Source: Paraspadella gotoi (Eukaryota; Animalia; Chaetognatha). From it: a stretch of DNA of 64,000 nt. Both the position numbers and the translations under genes were made by a program. Location: contig CM119268.1 of assembly GCA_051294375.1 (NCBI GenBank), forward strand, positions 3,186,492-3,250,491, read 5' to 3'. Below the pieces are notes generated by a model that saw nothing but the letters and a program-made list of their open reading frames with translations, did not search any database and was not told the DNA's origin. Below are positions 1 to 14,787 of the stretch, piece after piece. Numbering within the stretch: position 1 is the stretch's first letter; the number at the start of each line of letters is the position of its first letter.

Positions 1-1320
1 CGAAGGAAGACGAAACGGCAGTTTTGTTGCTGTTTCGTCGCTGTTTCGTTACTGTTTCGTTTTATCTTTTTTGCAATTTTCTCGTTCTCTTCGTCTTGAG
101 GAGGAGTTTAAAGGCGTCAGGCGGTTGTGATTCCGTTAGACAACGGCATCCGGCATCAGGCGCTACCCAGCAACGTCAGGCAGAATCAGGCGGCGTTTTT
201 CGAAAGCCATAAATCCCAGAAGGACGTCGATGTTTAGTCGCTTTGAGACGAAACGACGACGACGAAAATATTGACGATGAAGAGCACGACGACGACGAAC
301 ACGACGAATAACAGTATTGAGGAAGAAGAAAATGAGACACTAGACGACGACGATAAAGACGATGATTATGAAGACGATGACGATGAAGACGATGACGATG
401 AAGACGATGACGATAAAAACGATGACGATGAAGAACGATGACGATGAAGACGATGACGATTTTAAGACAGATGACGATAAGACAAGGATGATGAAGATGA
501 CGATTAATGAGACGACGACAATAAAGATGATGAAGACGACGACGATGAAGACGACAATGATGAAGATGATGAAGACGATGACGACGGAAACGAAACAGTA
601 ACCAAACTAAAACAAGAAAACGAAAAACTCGATCGATTTGAGTTGAAAAAGAAGAAGACGACGACGAGAAGAAGAAGAAGAAGAAGAAATTGAAGAGCTA
701 GAATAGATCGATCATTTAAGGAGAACAAATACTGAAATAGTTCATTGGAAAAAGACAAAAAAAAAGACTTTTTTAACAATGAAAGAATGAAATGATACGA
801 AGGGAAGAAAGAATATCAATAAAAGATATGATTAAGAAAATGATATTATTAATTAAAACTATTAATAGAGGATAGTATGTTAATAACAAAAACCGACAGA
901 CGACAAAAACAGATGAGACGACTCTATAAATACGCCAACGACGACGACAACGACGACAACGACGACGACAACGACTAAGACGAAGACAATGCTTGGCTGT
1001 TAAAAACCGTGACGTCTCTCACAGATGCGCGCAGAGAGGATTTGATTTTGAGCAAAGATAAAAAAAGCGAGAGAGAATTTCAGACGATAGACGGACTGAC
1101 AGGACTCGGCGACTCGCGACTCGCGACTCCGAAAAAAAAAATGTGAGTGACGCAGATTTAGAGGAGAAATTGTCGAAAGCAGAATGGAAATGTGAGGATT
1201 AGGTAAAAAAGGGGAAAAAAAAGGTCGTGAATGGAGTTTGTGAATTTTTGGTGATAAAGATAAGGAATAAAGAAAATTGTGATTATGTACAGAAGCTTAT
1301 ATGTGAGGATAGGAAGGAAG

Positions 1321-1372
<52 letters not shown>

Positions 1373-1608
1373 GAGAGACGACGAGAGAGAGAGAGAGATT
1401 GCAAGCCATGGCTAAGAATATCGCTGAAGATGCAGGTTGTTCCGGAATCGTTGGAAAATTACGATCCGAGCGAGAAAAGATGAACTGAAAAGATGGTAAG
1501 GAAGACGGGGAGCAATGGAAAGAAAGATAAGAAAGAAAGAAAAAAGAAAGAAAGAAAGAAAGATAAGGAAAAGAAAGAAAGAAAGAAAGAAAAGAAAGAA
1601 AGAAGAAA

Positions 1609-1639
<31 letters not shown>

Positions 1640-1644
1640 AAAAA

Positions 1645-1701
<57 letters not shown>

Positions 1702-1705
1702 AAAA

Positions 1706-1749
<44 letters not shown>

Positions 1750-2131
1750 ATATATATATAAATAAAAAACAAATAAAGAAATAAAGAAATAAAAATAAAA
1801 AAATAAAGAAATAAAGAAATAAAGAAATAAAGAAATAAAGAAATAAAGAAATTAAGACAGAAAGAGAGAGAAATAGAAGAAAGAGAGAAAGAAAGAAAGA
1901 TATACTAGCTCAGAGCGTTCTCGCAATAAATATTTACAGTTAAAAAAAAAAACTTTCGAATCGCTAACAAATAACGAAAATACTTTTTTTTAGTACATCG
2001 TTGAGCTAGGGGACACGACGAACAAACGACGACGACAATGATGACAACGACAATAACGACGACGACAACGTATGGCTGCCCCGGGAACTCGAATGAACAT
2101 CCATTCCGTCCAATGCCATCGACGCTTCTAT

Positions 2132-2170
<39 letters not shown>

Positions 2171-3476
2171 AACCTCGCCTTCTCTCCTTTTGCACCCATC
2201 AACTCGATCGCTCTCCAGCGTCGTCCTATGCGTCTACAAACCCCGTTTTCCTTTCTTTCTTGTCGTCTTTCTTTTCTTTGCTATCTTTCTCTCTTTTTTC
2301 TTTTATTTTTCTCTGCTATCTTTCTCTCTTTCTTTTCTTTTTTTTCTAACCTTTCTCTATTTCTTCTTTTCTTTTGCTATCTTCTCTTACTTTCTTTTAT
2401 TTTTTTGCTATCTTTCTTCTCTTTCTTTATTTTCTTGCTATCTTTCTCTCTTTCTTTCTTTTCTTGCTATTCTTTCTCTCTTTTTTCTTTTCTTCGCTAT
2501 CTTTCTTATTTTCTTTCTTTTCTTTTTGTATCTTTCTCTCTTTCATTCTTGCTTCTTTATCTTTTTTTTCTTTTCTTTGCTTTCTTTCTCTTTTTTTTCT
2601 TGCTTGCATATTCTCTCTCTTTCCTCTTTTCTTTCCCCCTTTTCTATCTTTTTATCTCTTCTCTCTATCTTTCTCTCTTTCTTTTCTTTTTCTTTGCTAT
2701 TTTCTCTCTTTTTTATTTTTCTTTAGCTATCTTTCTTTCTTTTTTTTCTTTTCTTTTTATAGTTTTTATTTTTCATTTTAAATCTTTCTTTTTTCCCTTT
2801 CTTTCTGCCTTTCTTTTAGAAAGCTTTCTTATTTTTTACTATCTTTCTTTCATTAATCTTTCTTTTCTTTTATATCGTTCTCTGTTTATATTTTTTTTAT
2901 TACTTTTCCTTACTTTAATCTTTCTTGCTTTTTTTATTCTTTTTTCTTTCTTTCTTTTCTTTCTTCTTTCTTTCTTCTTTCCTTTCTATTCTTTTCTTTC
3001 TTGTTACTCGCCATCTTTTCTTATTCTCCCCTTACCACGAGACCCGTTCTCTATTGTTGTCTCTGTCTTAAGTAGAACGAAAAACTCTTAATTGACTCAC
3101 GACGACAACAGAACAAAAGACAACAACGACGGACAATCTCCAAATGTGATTTTGATGGTAGAACCTTCTAACATAAAGCGCGTAGGAGAAGCAGAGAAGA
3201 GAGAGAGATAGAGAGAGAGAGAGAGAGGACGGGAGATGAGAGAGAGAGATGAGAGAGTCAGATGATTAGAGAGAGAGACGAGAGGAGATGAGATGAGCAG
3301 AGCGAGAGAGAATTAGAGAATTAGAGCTGTGAGTTAAGAATATTGAGTAGTTGAAGAGGCGCAAAAAAAGTAGCAAGGTAGAACGTTCTCGACGCGAGAA
3401 AATATCCGAAAGAGAGAGAGAGATTGAGAGAGAGAGAGAGAGAAGATGAGAGAGGAGAGGAAGAGAGAGATGAAGA

Positions 3477-3509
<33 letters not shown>

Positions 3510-6500
3510 GAGTTATTGATAAATGCTAATTTACTTTTGTCGATGCGCTTCGCCGAAGGGAAGAATGGAGAGAAAATGAAAAAAAGAAATTAGATAATAT
3601 TTTTTAATTATAAATTAGAAATTGAAGAGAAATAGAGGAAAAGTTGAAAAAAAATAAGAAAGAAGAAAACTAAAATAGTAAGGAAAGAGAGAAAAAGGAA
3701 AAAGAATTAGAAATATTTTTTAAATTAAATAGAAATTAAAAGAGAAATAGCGAAATAAGTTTAAAAAAAAGAAATGAAAACTTTAAAAAATAATAAGGGA
3801 AGACGAGAAATAAAGGAAAAAAAGGGATCTTAAAAAAAAAAAAAAAACTGGAAAGGAAGAGTCTATTCATTTTTTAAAATTATTCCTCAGCAACCAAGGG
3901 TTTATTCGCCAAGGGAAGTGGAACGGCGTTCTCACAATGTTTATGCCATCGTTATATCCAACCGTGTAAATATTTCATTCCATCGCGGATTTATGGGAAC
4001 TTTTTTTTTTTGAGTTAGACTTTTCTTAGCGAGGACGGATCCACCTTTTTCAATTTTTAATCCACTCAAAACCTGACCACAAGTTCGATAACCTTTGTCT
4101 CATCGCAGACTAACTTAATTAACCATATAAAAAACGCCACGCCCCGAAAAAAAACTTCACCAGAAACTTCAATACTCACATTTCATGATAATAGTGAAAC
4201 ATCTTAAAACTTCAAATTTTAGTACGAGCGTCCTATCAAGATATTTTTCGTAAAATATGGATGGTTTGTCTGTGTTGGAATGCATTCCCTTATTAAGTAG
4301 GTTAAACGTCTTATTTGCGCTCATCATTTCGTTTTTCAAAAAACCCTAATTTGAACTAGAGAATATAAAAATTTTATACTTTTTCGTCTAAATTTGAGAG
4401 ATGACATTTTTTTTCTTTCAGTCTGCTTTCACCACAACTGCAGCGACCACCCTAAAAAATATTCCACCCCCCACAACCACTTACAAACCCATTCTCCCAC
4501 TTCTCTCCCCTCTTCTCTTCTCCCCTACCTCTCCCCCCCCCCCCGATCCCCTCTTCGGCAGCTGCAAGTCCGGAATGCAGCGCGAAAATGGGCAATGCCG
4601 AAGGTAAATGGTCCGAACGGTCGACGGCCGGAAGTGTGCGGGAGTGGTGGTGCTCAATTCGGCCCTTAAGGCTGGAGTTAAGGAGATGCGGTGGACGAGA
4701 AAGTCGCCGGGTTCGATTTCATCTTTCTGGTCAATCCAATTTCAATATCAGTCAATCATTATTTTTTTAAAGTTTTATATTCGATTTCTTGGGGTTTTTT
4801 TTCTTGCCTTCTTTTCGCTGCCGAGTTACTTTACTAAAAGAGAGATAAGGATGAGAGAGTTAGAGCGAGAGTGAGATTGCTACTAAAAATTTCAAGTCAT
4901 AAAAACTCCCAATCAATCATTATCATCAATTTTCTACACTAATGACCAAAAGTGAATTCGTGAAATGAGAACATGAATATGACACAGAACAGAATTTTTA
5001 TGAAAAGTCAATGTCAATACCGAACCCAATATGCAAATGAGATTGATGAACGTCAATCTCATTTCTTGGTTGCATTCAAAAGTTCCTTCCTTATTAAAAC
5101 AACAGCAACAACAAACAAAAAAACAACGACGACGAACAACAAACAACAACAAGAACACGACCTCTTCTTCTGTCTCTCGATTATCACCTACAAACCGATA
5201 GAGAAGCGACGAAGAAGATTTCATGGCTAAAATATTTACGAATGGAAAAATGAAAAAACAATAAAACAACAAAAAAAGAAAACAACAAGAAACCAATGCA
5301 ATTATCGCCACCCTCTGAGAAAACTCATTTCATTTGTCTCTCGCTACTTTTTTTCCCCTTTTCCTTTTGGTTCCTTAATTCTTTGTCCTTTATTTGAACT
5401 CTTTTCCTTTCTTTTCTTCTATTGCACCTCACCTCACCTCAACCCGTTCCTTTCTCCAATCTTACTTCCTCCTTCCTCTTCATACTCTTCTCCTTCTTCT
5501 TCTTCTTCTCTTCTCTCTCTTCACTCTTCTCTTCTTCACCTTTCTCCTTCTTCTTCTCTTCTTCCTTACCTTCACCCTTCCTTCCTTCCTCATTCCTCTT
5601 TATCTCACAATCGCCAAAACTCTTCTTCAAACGTTTCCACTCCTTTTTTTTCTTCCTTTCTTTTCTTCCTCCACCTTCTTTCTGTTTCTTTCTCCTTCTA
5701 TCCTTTTTCCCGGCTCTTTTACTTTTTCCCCTGTTTTTTCCCCCTTCTTTATTCTTCTCGTTTCTCCTCCCCCTTCTCTCCCTAGTACTTTTCCCTAAAC
5801 CCCTCTTCCCTCCTATCTCTTCCCTCCCTCTCTCCCTGCCCCTCCTTCTCTCCCTCCCCTTCTCCCTCCCTTTTCTCCCTCCCCTTCCACCTCCCCCTCC
5901 TTTTTTCTCCCTCGCCCTCTCCTCTCCGCCTTTCTCCCACCTCCTCCAACCATCTTCCCTCCCTCTCCCTCACTTTCCCTCTTCTCCCTCCCTTTCTCCC
6001 TCCCCCTCCACCCCCCTTCTTTCCCTCCCCTCTCTCCTCCTTTTTCTACCTCCCCATCTCCCTCCCTCCCTTTCTCCCACTTCCTCCACCTCTCCCTCCC
6101 TCTCCCTCCACTTTCCGTCCTCTCCCTTCCTTTCTCCTCTCCCTCTCTCCCCCTCTCCTCCAAATCGCATTAGTTCGCCACGAATAGCAATCAAAGGACG
6201 AAAAAAGTAGAGAAGCAACCAATCAAAAACTTGCTTCTAAGTTTGGTACCTTGAATGAACGGATAATTTCGAGGAACGATCCTCATTTAACTCAAACTTC
6301 CACAAGACTACAACACAACAATTGACAACAACAACAACGACAATATAACAATAAACAAAAAACAATTTTTTGCAATAAAAAAAAATTTAGGCAAACAAAC
6401 AATACGTTCAGTCAAACCAATTCGCACATTCTGAGGGATGTAAAATCTCACTTGACCATTTTTTCGGGCTGTCAAGCGACCTCGGATCTAAGAAAATTTT

Positions 6501-6975
6501 GTGGTTCGTCGTTCTGTGGTCGATGGTTGTGTTGGTTCAAACTCACTTCGTCATTAAGTGAGTCACTGTGCAAAATCCCTTTCGCCCACTTTTCACGGAT
6601 CTCCTCCATGACAACCGCCGTGACCTGCCACCGTAGTGGCCACCTCTCTGAGACTATCTCTGGGACCACACCTCACGAATCGATGTTTGTGGATTAAACG
6701 GACCACATTCATCCACCGACCCATCAAACCCACTACCCACCTTTTGCTCCACCACCCCAAGGCACTCCTCTCGACCTTTTCCCGTGAAAAGGTATGGCGA
6801 GCAGCGCTATAGCGGCGGCGGCGGCTGTGGCGGCGGCGGGCGGAGGGCTGACTCTCCGAACAGCAAATGGTTCCATCAACATTAATGATAGAGAAGGGTA
6901 AATTAGTGGAATCGTCGCGGGAATTTCCTGGGTCTGTGTGACGACTCGACGTGATGACGACGACCGAACGACGAC
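1..6975 (+). repeat. Left arm of a giant inverted duplication (mirror of 8166-15392)
   Basis: Position 1 CGAAGGAAGACGAAACGGCAG is the reverse complement of ~15370-15392. 1-5545 mirrors ~9985-15392 and ~6170-6975 mirrors 8166-8918. Differences are mostly 1-2 nt indels. Confidence 0.95.
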
Positions 6976-7991
6976 GACTGAAAACGAAGGAAAAAGGTGT
7001 TTAGGGCTGCTTCTACAAAGAGGTATGAAGGTGGAGCTTGGTTTGTTGGAAAGTTTACAGTTGACGATGATGGAAAGCCTAATTATTCAAAACAATCAAG
7101 CGAAACATTTCACGAATGACAGGCGCGACCAACTGTAGCCGTTCGTTGAACAACAACAAAGTAAAAAAATGCTTGTTTAATGACGACGACACGACAAAAG
7201 ACGACCGACGGTAGACGATGACGATAGACGAAAATGAAATTTGGTAGACGATGTCATAAGGATGACGATGATAATGATTTACGATGATTGAAGCTTATTG
7301 ATGACAATAGAAACGACGACGATGAATTATGACGATGACGATGTATTGAAGTTTATGATGACAAAGACGACGTAGTTATGATTATGATGGATGTTGATGA
7401 TACGATGATGCATTGATGGTGTTGATAATGACGCTTGCGGTGAGAAAAAAAAGGGAAACTGACGTCTGATGCGAAAAAACTAGAGAATCGAATCCCGAAA
7501 GCTGAGAACAATTTCGTGGGATGTCGTTCTGGAAGGACATGAATGTATGACTCGACGTATATCATTAATCGATTTAATCATTATTAATCTATATTCATTA
7601 TTCATAATTTTGGGTGGGCTTTAAGAATAGAAGTCATTTTTCGTGAGGAAGTTTTAAAAATACACACGCCAAATAACAAGAGGCTATTGGTTGCATGTGA
7701 AACGTAAATGCACCACTCACAACACACACACCAGGAACAAACACACGCACACACACGCCACACACGCACACACACGCACACACACCGCAGAAAGATTCGA
7801 TTTTCTTTTTTCTTTTTCTTTTTTCTTTTTTACTTTTTATCTCGTTTTTTCTTTATTTCTTTTTTATTTTTTTTTTTTGTCGCAGAACCAATTGGGGATT
7901 TAGTTACCTTTTTAACTTTTATCTATCGTTATGAGAGAGAGAGAGAAGAGAGAGTGAGGAGAGAGAGAGAGAGAGAGCATGAGAGAGAGAG

Positions 7992-8031
<40 letters not shown>

Positions 8032-8239
8032 AAAGGGAAAGACGATTGAGAGGTGGAGAGAGGAGAGAGAGAGAGAGGGAGAGAGAGATCTTCTCAGTTC
8101 CAATTTCGGTGCCATTTCCAAAATGAGATTTTTCGTCGCCNNNNNNNNNNNNNNNNNNNNNNNNNGTCGTCGTCGTCGTCGTCGTCGTCATCATCGTCGT
8201 CGTCACCGCCCAGGAATTCCCGACGATTCCATTATTTAC

Positions 8240-8705
8240 CTTCTCTTTCATTATGTTGATGGAACCATTTGCTGTTCGGGAGTCGCCCTCCGCCGCCGCC
8301 GCNNNNNNNNNNNNNNNNNCCGCCGCCGCCGCCGCCAGCGCTGCTCGCCATCCATTTCACGGGAAAAGGTCGAGAGGAGTGCCTTGGGGTGGTGGAGCAA
8401 AAAGGGTGGGTAGTGGGTTGAGGGTCGTGGTGAATGTGGTCGTTAATCCACAACTCGATTCGTGAGGTGTGGTCCCCAGAGATAAGTCTCAGAGAGGTGG
8501 CACTGGTGGCAGGATCACGGCGGGTCATGGAGGAGATCCGTGAAAAGTGGGCGAAAGGGATTTGCTCACTATGACGGTGAGTTTGACCACAACCTCGACC
8601 ACAGAAACGACGACCACAAATTTTCTTCGATCGAGGTCGCTGACCCCGAAAAATGGTCAAGTGAGATTTTACATCCTCAGATGCTGGAGTGTGCGAATTG
8701 GTTGA
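8240..8705 (-). CDS. Candidate internal exon, unknown low-complexity protein
   Basis: Acceptor GTTCAG| at 8706 and donor AG|GTAAAT at 8239. The frame is open between them (STNSHTPASEDVKSHLTIFRGQRPRS...MASSAGGGG...HNERE), apart from a 17-N gap. No homology recognised. A plus-strand frame (8540-8711) is also open. Confidence 0.3.
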
Positions 8706-11639
8706 CTGAACGTATTGTTTGTTCTATATTTTTTTTTATTCAAAAATTGTTTTTGTTTTTGTTATATTGTCGTTGTTGTTGTTGTCATTGTTGTTGTTGT
8801 AGTCGTTGTGAGATTTGAGTTAATGAGGATCGTTTCCTCGAAATCCGTTCATCCAACTTAGAAGCAACTTTTTTCCTTCTCTTTTTTTTCGTCCTTTGAT
8901 TCTATTCGTGCGACTAATNNNNNNNNNNNNNNNNNNNNNNNNNGTGATTAGGTTGAAATTATATGGACAATATTAGAAGAGTTGAAATAATTTCCAACGA
9001 TTTATTTTTATTAATAACGGACATGTTCGCGCTCAGTTACAAGGCCTTTCATCCCAAGTGTACACTATTTTTCTCAAAAGTTATGATACTTTTATTCAAC
9101 GTATTTTAAGTAAATAATGCGATACGAGTTCTACAAACTTCCTCTAATCATTCACGAAAAGTATGGCATAAACGTGTATTTTTTTATCACACCACAAAGT
9201 AATGCATAACTTTTTTCTCAAAGTATGGCATAACCTTTTTATGAAAAATAGGGTATAAGAATATAGAATAAAGAGTAAATGGTCGTATTAAAATAGCCCA
9301 TCATACCAATGTCTGACTTTTTCATGTTCCTTTAACTCTATTATATATATTTTCTTTTGAAAAAAAGTTCTTATTATGATTATTGGTAATGAAAACTCTT
9401 CAACAAATATATTAAACACCTACTAATATATTTGTACCTTTTTTTGCTGAATGATAGTTCTAAAATATTTGAAGAGGTTATAGGGTAGGTAAGAGCAAGT
9501 TAAGCGTTACAAGATTATTTGTTTATTAGTGTTGTATGTGTTTATTAACGTAAGTCTTTCATCGTTCGTATGAACATTTCTGATATCTGTTTCCTTTTAC
9601 ATTATTTTGCGTAATTTTGTTCTATTCTGTTTTTCTGACTATTCCATTTTTATCGCAGAACAACGACAAAACAACTAATTACTACGTCAGTTTTTTTTGT
9701 CATAAATTTTAATTTTTTTTTTTTACCATAAGGATTAAGTCGAATCGAAACCAACGTCCACCTTCGCTGGACCAAGACCAAAATTCCAAGAACCCCATCA
9801 TGATTCGAGACGCGCACCCCGTGCTTTCAAGCGTTCCTTGCTACCTTGGTCGTGGGTTTGACCGGACGCTAGGTGCCGCTTTCGTCTTCGCTGTGGCAAA
9901 GCGTAAGGGTGGGTAGAATGGGGAAAGAAGGTAGGGGAGATGAGAGAGAGAAGAGAGATGAGAGAGAGAGAGAAGAAGAGAGAAGAGAGAAAAAGGTGAA
10001 GAAGAGAGAGTGAAGAGAGAAGGAGAAGAAGAAGAAGAAGGAGGAAGAGTATGAAGAGGAAGAGGAAGTAAGTATTGTAGAAAGGACGGGTGAGGTGAGG
10101 TGAGGTGCATGAAGAAAGAAAGGAAAAGAGTTAAAATAAAGGACAAAGGAATTAAGGAAACGAAAGGAAAAGGGGAAAAAAGTAGCGAGAGACAAATGAA
10201 TGAGTTTCTCGACGGATGGCGATAATTGCATTGTTTTCTTGTTGTTTCTTTTTTGTTGTTTTTTGTTTTCATTTTTTCCTTCGTAATATTTAGCCAATGA
10301 AATCTTCTTCGTCGCTTCTCTATCGGTTTGTAGGTGATAATCGAGAGAAGAGAAGAGGTCGTGTTCTTGTTGTTGTTGTTGTCGTCGTCGTTGTTTTTGT
10401 TGTTGTTGCTGTTGTTTTATAAGGAAGGAACTTTTGATGCAACCAAGAATGAGATTGAGTTCATCAATCTCATTTGCATATTGTCGTATTGGCATTGACT
10501 TTTCATAAATTCTGTTACTGTGTCATTTCATGTTCTCATTTCACGACTTCACTTTTGTCATTAGTGTAGAAATTGATGATAATGATTGATTGGAGAGTTG
10601 TTATGACTTGAAAATTTTAGTAGCAATCTCACTCTCGCTCTAACTCTCTCTCTTTCTCTCTTTTAGTAGTAACTCGGCAGCGAAAGAAGCAAGAAAAAAA
10701 CCCAAGAAATCGAATATAAAACTTAAAAAAATAATGATTGACTGATTGATTGATTGACCGAACGATGAAATCGAACCCGCGACTTTCTCGTCCGACGCAC
10801 CTTAACTCCAGCCTTAGGGCCGAATTGAGCAACCACCCACCCGCCACTTCCGGCCGTCGACGTTCGGCCATTACCTTCGCTGCCATTTTCGCGCTGCTTC
10901 CGGACTCAGCTGCCGAGAGGGGAGCGGGGGGGGGGAGAGGTAGGGGAGAGAGAGAGGGAGAGAAGTGGGAGAATGGGTTGGTAAGTGGTTGTGGGGGTGG
11001 ATATTTTTAGGGTGGTCGCTGCAGTTGTGGTGAAAGCAGACTGAAGAAAAAAAATGTCACTCTCAAATTTAGACGAAAAGTATAATTTTATATTCTCTAG
11101 TCAAATTAGGGTTTTTTGAAACGAAATGATGAGCGCAATAGACGTTTAACCTACTTTAATAGGGAATCATTCCACACAGACAAACCATCCATATTTTACG
11201 AAAAATATCTTGATAGGACGCTCGTACTAATTTGAAGTTTTAAGATGTTTCACTTTTATCATAAATGTGAGTATTGAAGTTTCTGGTTGAAGTTTTTTTT
11301 CGGCGTGGGCGTTTTTTAATGGTTAATTAGTTAGTCTGCGGATGAGACAAAGGTTATCGAACTTGTGGTCAGGTTTTGAGTGGATTAAAAATTGAAAAGG
11401 TGGATCCGTCCTCGCTAGAAAAGTCTAACCAAAAAAAAAAAGTTTCCCATAAATCCGCGATGGAATGAAATATTTACCGGTTGGATATAACGATGGCATA
11501 ACATTGTGAGAACGCCGTTCCACTTCCTTGGCGATAACCCTTGGTGCTGAGGAATAATTTTAAAAAATGAATAGACTCTTCCTTTCCAGTTTTTTTTTTT
11601 TTTTTAAGATCCCTTCTTTTTTCTTTTTCTCTCTTTCCT

Positions 11640-11850
11640 TATTATTTTTAAAGTTTTCTTTCTTATTTTTTAAACTTTTTCCGCTATTTCTCTTTTAATT
11701 TCTATTTATTTAAAAATATTTCTAATTCTTTTTTCCTTTTTCTCTCTTTCCTTACTATTTTTAAAGTTTTCTTTCTTATTTTTTTCACTTTTTCCTCTAT
11801 TTCTCTTTCAATTTCTATTTATTTAAAAATATTTCTAATTCTTTTTTTCA
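11640..11850. repeat. ~115-bp AT-rich tandem repeat, about 2 copies (mirror at ~3570-3820)
   Basis: TTTTTAAAGTTTTCTTTCTTATTTTTT...TTTCTATTTATTTAAAAATATTTCTAATTCTTTTT occurs twice in tandem. Confidence 0.8.
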
Positions 11851-11906
11851 TTTTCTCTCATTCTTCCTTCGCGAGCGCATCGAAAAGTAAATTAGCATTT
11901 ATCAAT

Positions 11907-12006
<100 letters not shown>

Positions 12007-12423
12007 TCTCGGATATTTTCTCGCGTCGAGAACGTTTCTACCTTCTACTTTTTTTGCGCCTCTTCAACTACTTTTCTTAACTCACGCTCTAGATTCTCTA
12101 ATTCTCTCTCGCTCTGCTCATCTCATCTCCTCTCGTCTCTCTCTCTAATCATCTGACTCTCTCATCTCTCTCTCTCATCTCCCGTCCTCTCTCTCTCTCT
12201 CTCTATCTCTCTCTCTTCTCTGCTTCTCCTACGCGCTTTATGTTCGAGGATTCTACCTCAAAATCACATTTGGAGATTGTCGTCGTTGTTGTCGTTGTTG
12301 TTGTCGTCGTGAGTCAATTAAGAGTTCGTTCTACTTAAGACAGAGAAACAATTAGAGAACGGGGTCTCGTGGTAAGGGAGAATAGAAAGATGGCGAGTAC
12401 AAAGAAAGAAAGAATAGAAAGGA

Positions 12424-12471
<48 letters not shown>

Positions 12472-12659
12472 AAAAAGAAATAAAAAAAGAAAAGAAAGAT
12501 TAAAGTAGGAAAAGTAATAAAAAAAAATATAAAAAGAGAACGATATAAAAGAAAGAAAGATTATGAAGAAAGATAGTAAAATAAGAAAGCTTCTAAAGAA
12601 AGGCAGAAAGAAAGGGAAAAAAGAAAGATTAAAATGAAAAAATAAAAGCTATAAAAAGA

Positions 12660-13140
12660 AAGAAAAAAAAAGAGAAAGATAGCAAAGAAAATAAAAAAGA
12701 GAGAAAAATAGCAAAGAAAAGAAAGAAAGAGAGAAAGATAGAAGAGAAGAGATAAAAAGATAGAAAAAGGAAAGGAAAAGAGAAAGAGAGAGAAATATAG
12801 CAAAGAAAAGAAAAAAAAAGAGAAAGAAAGCAAAGAAAAGAAAAAAAAGATAAAGAAAGCAAAGAATAGAAAGAAAAAGAGAAAGATACAAAAGAAAAGA
12901 AAGAAAATAAGAAAGATAGCGAAGAAAAGAAAAAAGAGAGAAAGATAGCAAAGAAAAGAAAGAAAGAGAGAAAGATAGCAAAGAAAATAAAGAAAGAGAG
13001 AAAGATAGCAAAAAAAATAAAGAAAGAGAGAAAGATAGCAAAGAAAAGAAAGAAATAGAGAAAGGTAGAAAAAAAAGAAAGAAAGAGAGAAAGATAGCAA
13101 ATAAAAGAAAGAAAGAGAGAAAGATAGCAAAGAAAAGAAA
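12660..13140. repeat. Purine-rich ~30-bp minisatellite (GAAAGATAGCAAAGAAAAGAAAGAAAGAGA), mirror at ~2270-2760
   Basis: The AAGATAGCAAA core recurs at roughly 30-nt spacing. Confidence 0.85.
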
Positions 13141-13159
13141 GACGACAAGAGAGGAAAAT

Positions 13160-13230
13160 CGGGGTTTGTAGACGCATAGGACGACGCTGGAGAGCGATCG
13201 AGTTGATGGGGAAAGGAGAGAAGCGAGGTT

Positions 13231-13269
<39 letters not shown>

Positions 13270-13405
13270 ATAGAAGCGTCGATGGCATTGGACGGAATGG
13301 ATGTTCATTCGAGTTCCCGGGGCAGCCATCGTTGTCGTCGTCGTTATTGTCGTTGTCATCATTGTCGTCGTCGTTGTCGTCGTCGTCCCCTAGCTCAACG
13401 ATGTA
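13160..13405 (-). CDS. Candidate exon encoding an Asp/Asn-rich then poly-Pro segment
   Basis: Acceptor TTTTTTTAG| at 13406, then an open phase-0 frame YIVELGDDDDNDDD...GCPGNSNEHPFRPMPSTLLSLPPPPPPPPPPPQPRF. No donor identified, and much of it is microsatellite. Confidence 0.25.
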
Positions 13406-13649
13406 CTAAAAAAAGTATTTTCGTTATTTGTTAGCGAATTCGAAAGTTTTTTTTTTTAACTGTAAATATTTATTGCGAGAACGCTCTGAGCTAGTATATC
13501 TTTCTTTCTTTCTCTCTTTCTCTATTTCTCTCTTTCTGTCTTAATTTCTTTATTTCTTTATTTCTTTATTTCTTTATTTCTTTATTTCTTTATTTTTTTA
13601 TTTTTTATTTCTTTATTTCTTTATTTGTTTTTTATTTATATATATATAT

Positions 13650-13684
<35 letters not shown>

Positions 13685-13699
13685 TTTTTCTTTCTTTTT

Positions 13700-13743
<44 letters not shown>

Positions 13744-13748
13744 TTTTT

Positions 13749-13779
<31 letters not shown>

Positions 13780-13839
13780 TTTCTTTCTTTCTTTCTTTCT
13801 CTTTCTTTCTTTCTTTCTTTTCCTTTCTTTTCTTTCTTT

Positions 13840-13871
<32 letters not shown>

Positions 13872-13988
13872 TCCATTGCTCCCCGTCTTCCTTCCATCTT
13901 TCAGTTCATCTTTTCTCGCTTCGGATCGTAATTTTCCCAACGATTCCGAACAACCTGCATCTTCAGCGATATTCTTAGCCATGGCCTT

Positions 13989-14069
<81 letters not shown>

Positions 14070-14787
14070 CTTCCTTCCTATCCTCACATATAAGCTTCTG
14101 TACATAATCACAATTTTCTTTATTCCTTCTCTTTTTATCACCAAAATTCACAAACTCCATTCACACCTTTTTTTCCCCTTTTTTACCTAATCCTCACATT
14201 TCCATTCTGCTTTCGACAATTTCTCCTCTAAATCTGCGTCACTCACATTTTTTTTTTCGGAGTCGCGAGTCGCGAGTCGCCGAGTCTGTCAGTCCGTCTA
14301 TCCGTCTGAAATTCTCTCTCGCTTTTTTTATCTTTGCTCAAATCAAATCCTCTCTGCGCGCATCTGTGAGAGACGTCACGGTTTTTAACAGCCAAGCATT
14401 GTCTTCGTCTTAGTCGTTGTCGTCGTCGTTGTCGTCGTTGTCGTCGTCGTTGTCGTATTTATAGACGTCGTCTCATCTGTTTTTGTCGTCGTCGTCGTTT
14501 TTGTTATTAACATACTATCCTCTATTAATAGTTTTAATTAATAATATCATTTTCTTAATCATATCTTTTATTGATATTCTTTCTTCCCTTCGTATCATTT
14601 CATTCTTTCATTGTTAAAAAAGTCTTTTTTTGTCTTTTTCCAATGAACTATTTCAGTCTTTGTTCTCCTAATGATCGAATCTATTCTTAGCTCTTCAATT
14701 TCTTCTTCTTCTTCTTCTTCTTCGTCGTCGTCTTCTTCTTTTCAACTCAAATCGATCGAGTTTTTCGTTTTCTTGTTTTAGTTTTGG

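Noticed and set aside
1158-6218. Long Phe/Leu/Ser-rich or Glu/Arg/Lys-rich ORFs (also 12561-14190, 25925-26666, 44205-45507)
   Set aside because: They are translations of CT/GA and TTTC microsatellites, open in several frames at once.
10775-10820. tRNA-like T-arm GTCGCGGGTTCGATT on the minus strand (mirror at ~4670-4722)
   Set aside because: The B-box is imperfect and there is no cloverleaf or acceptor stem. At most it is a decayed SINE head.
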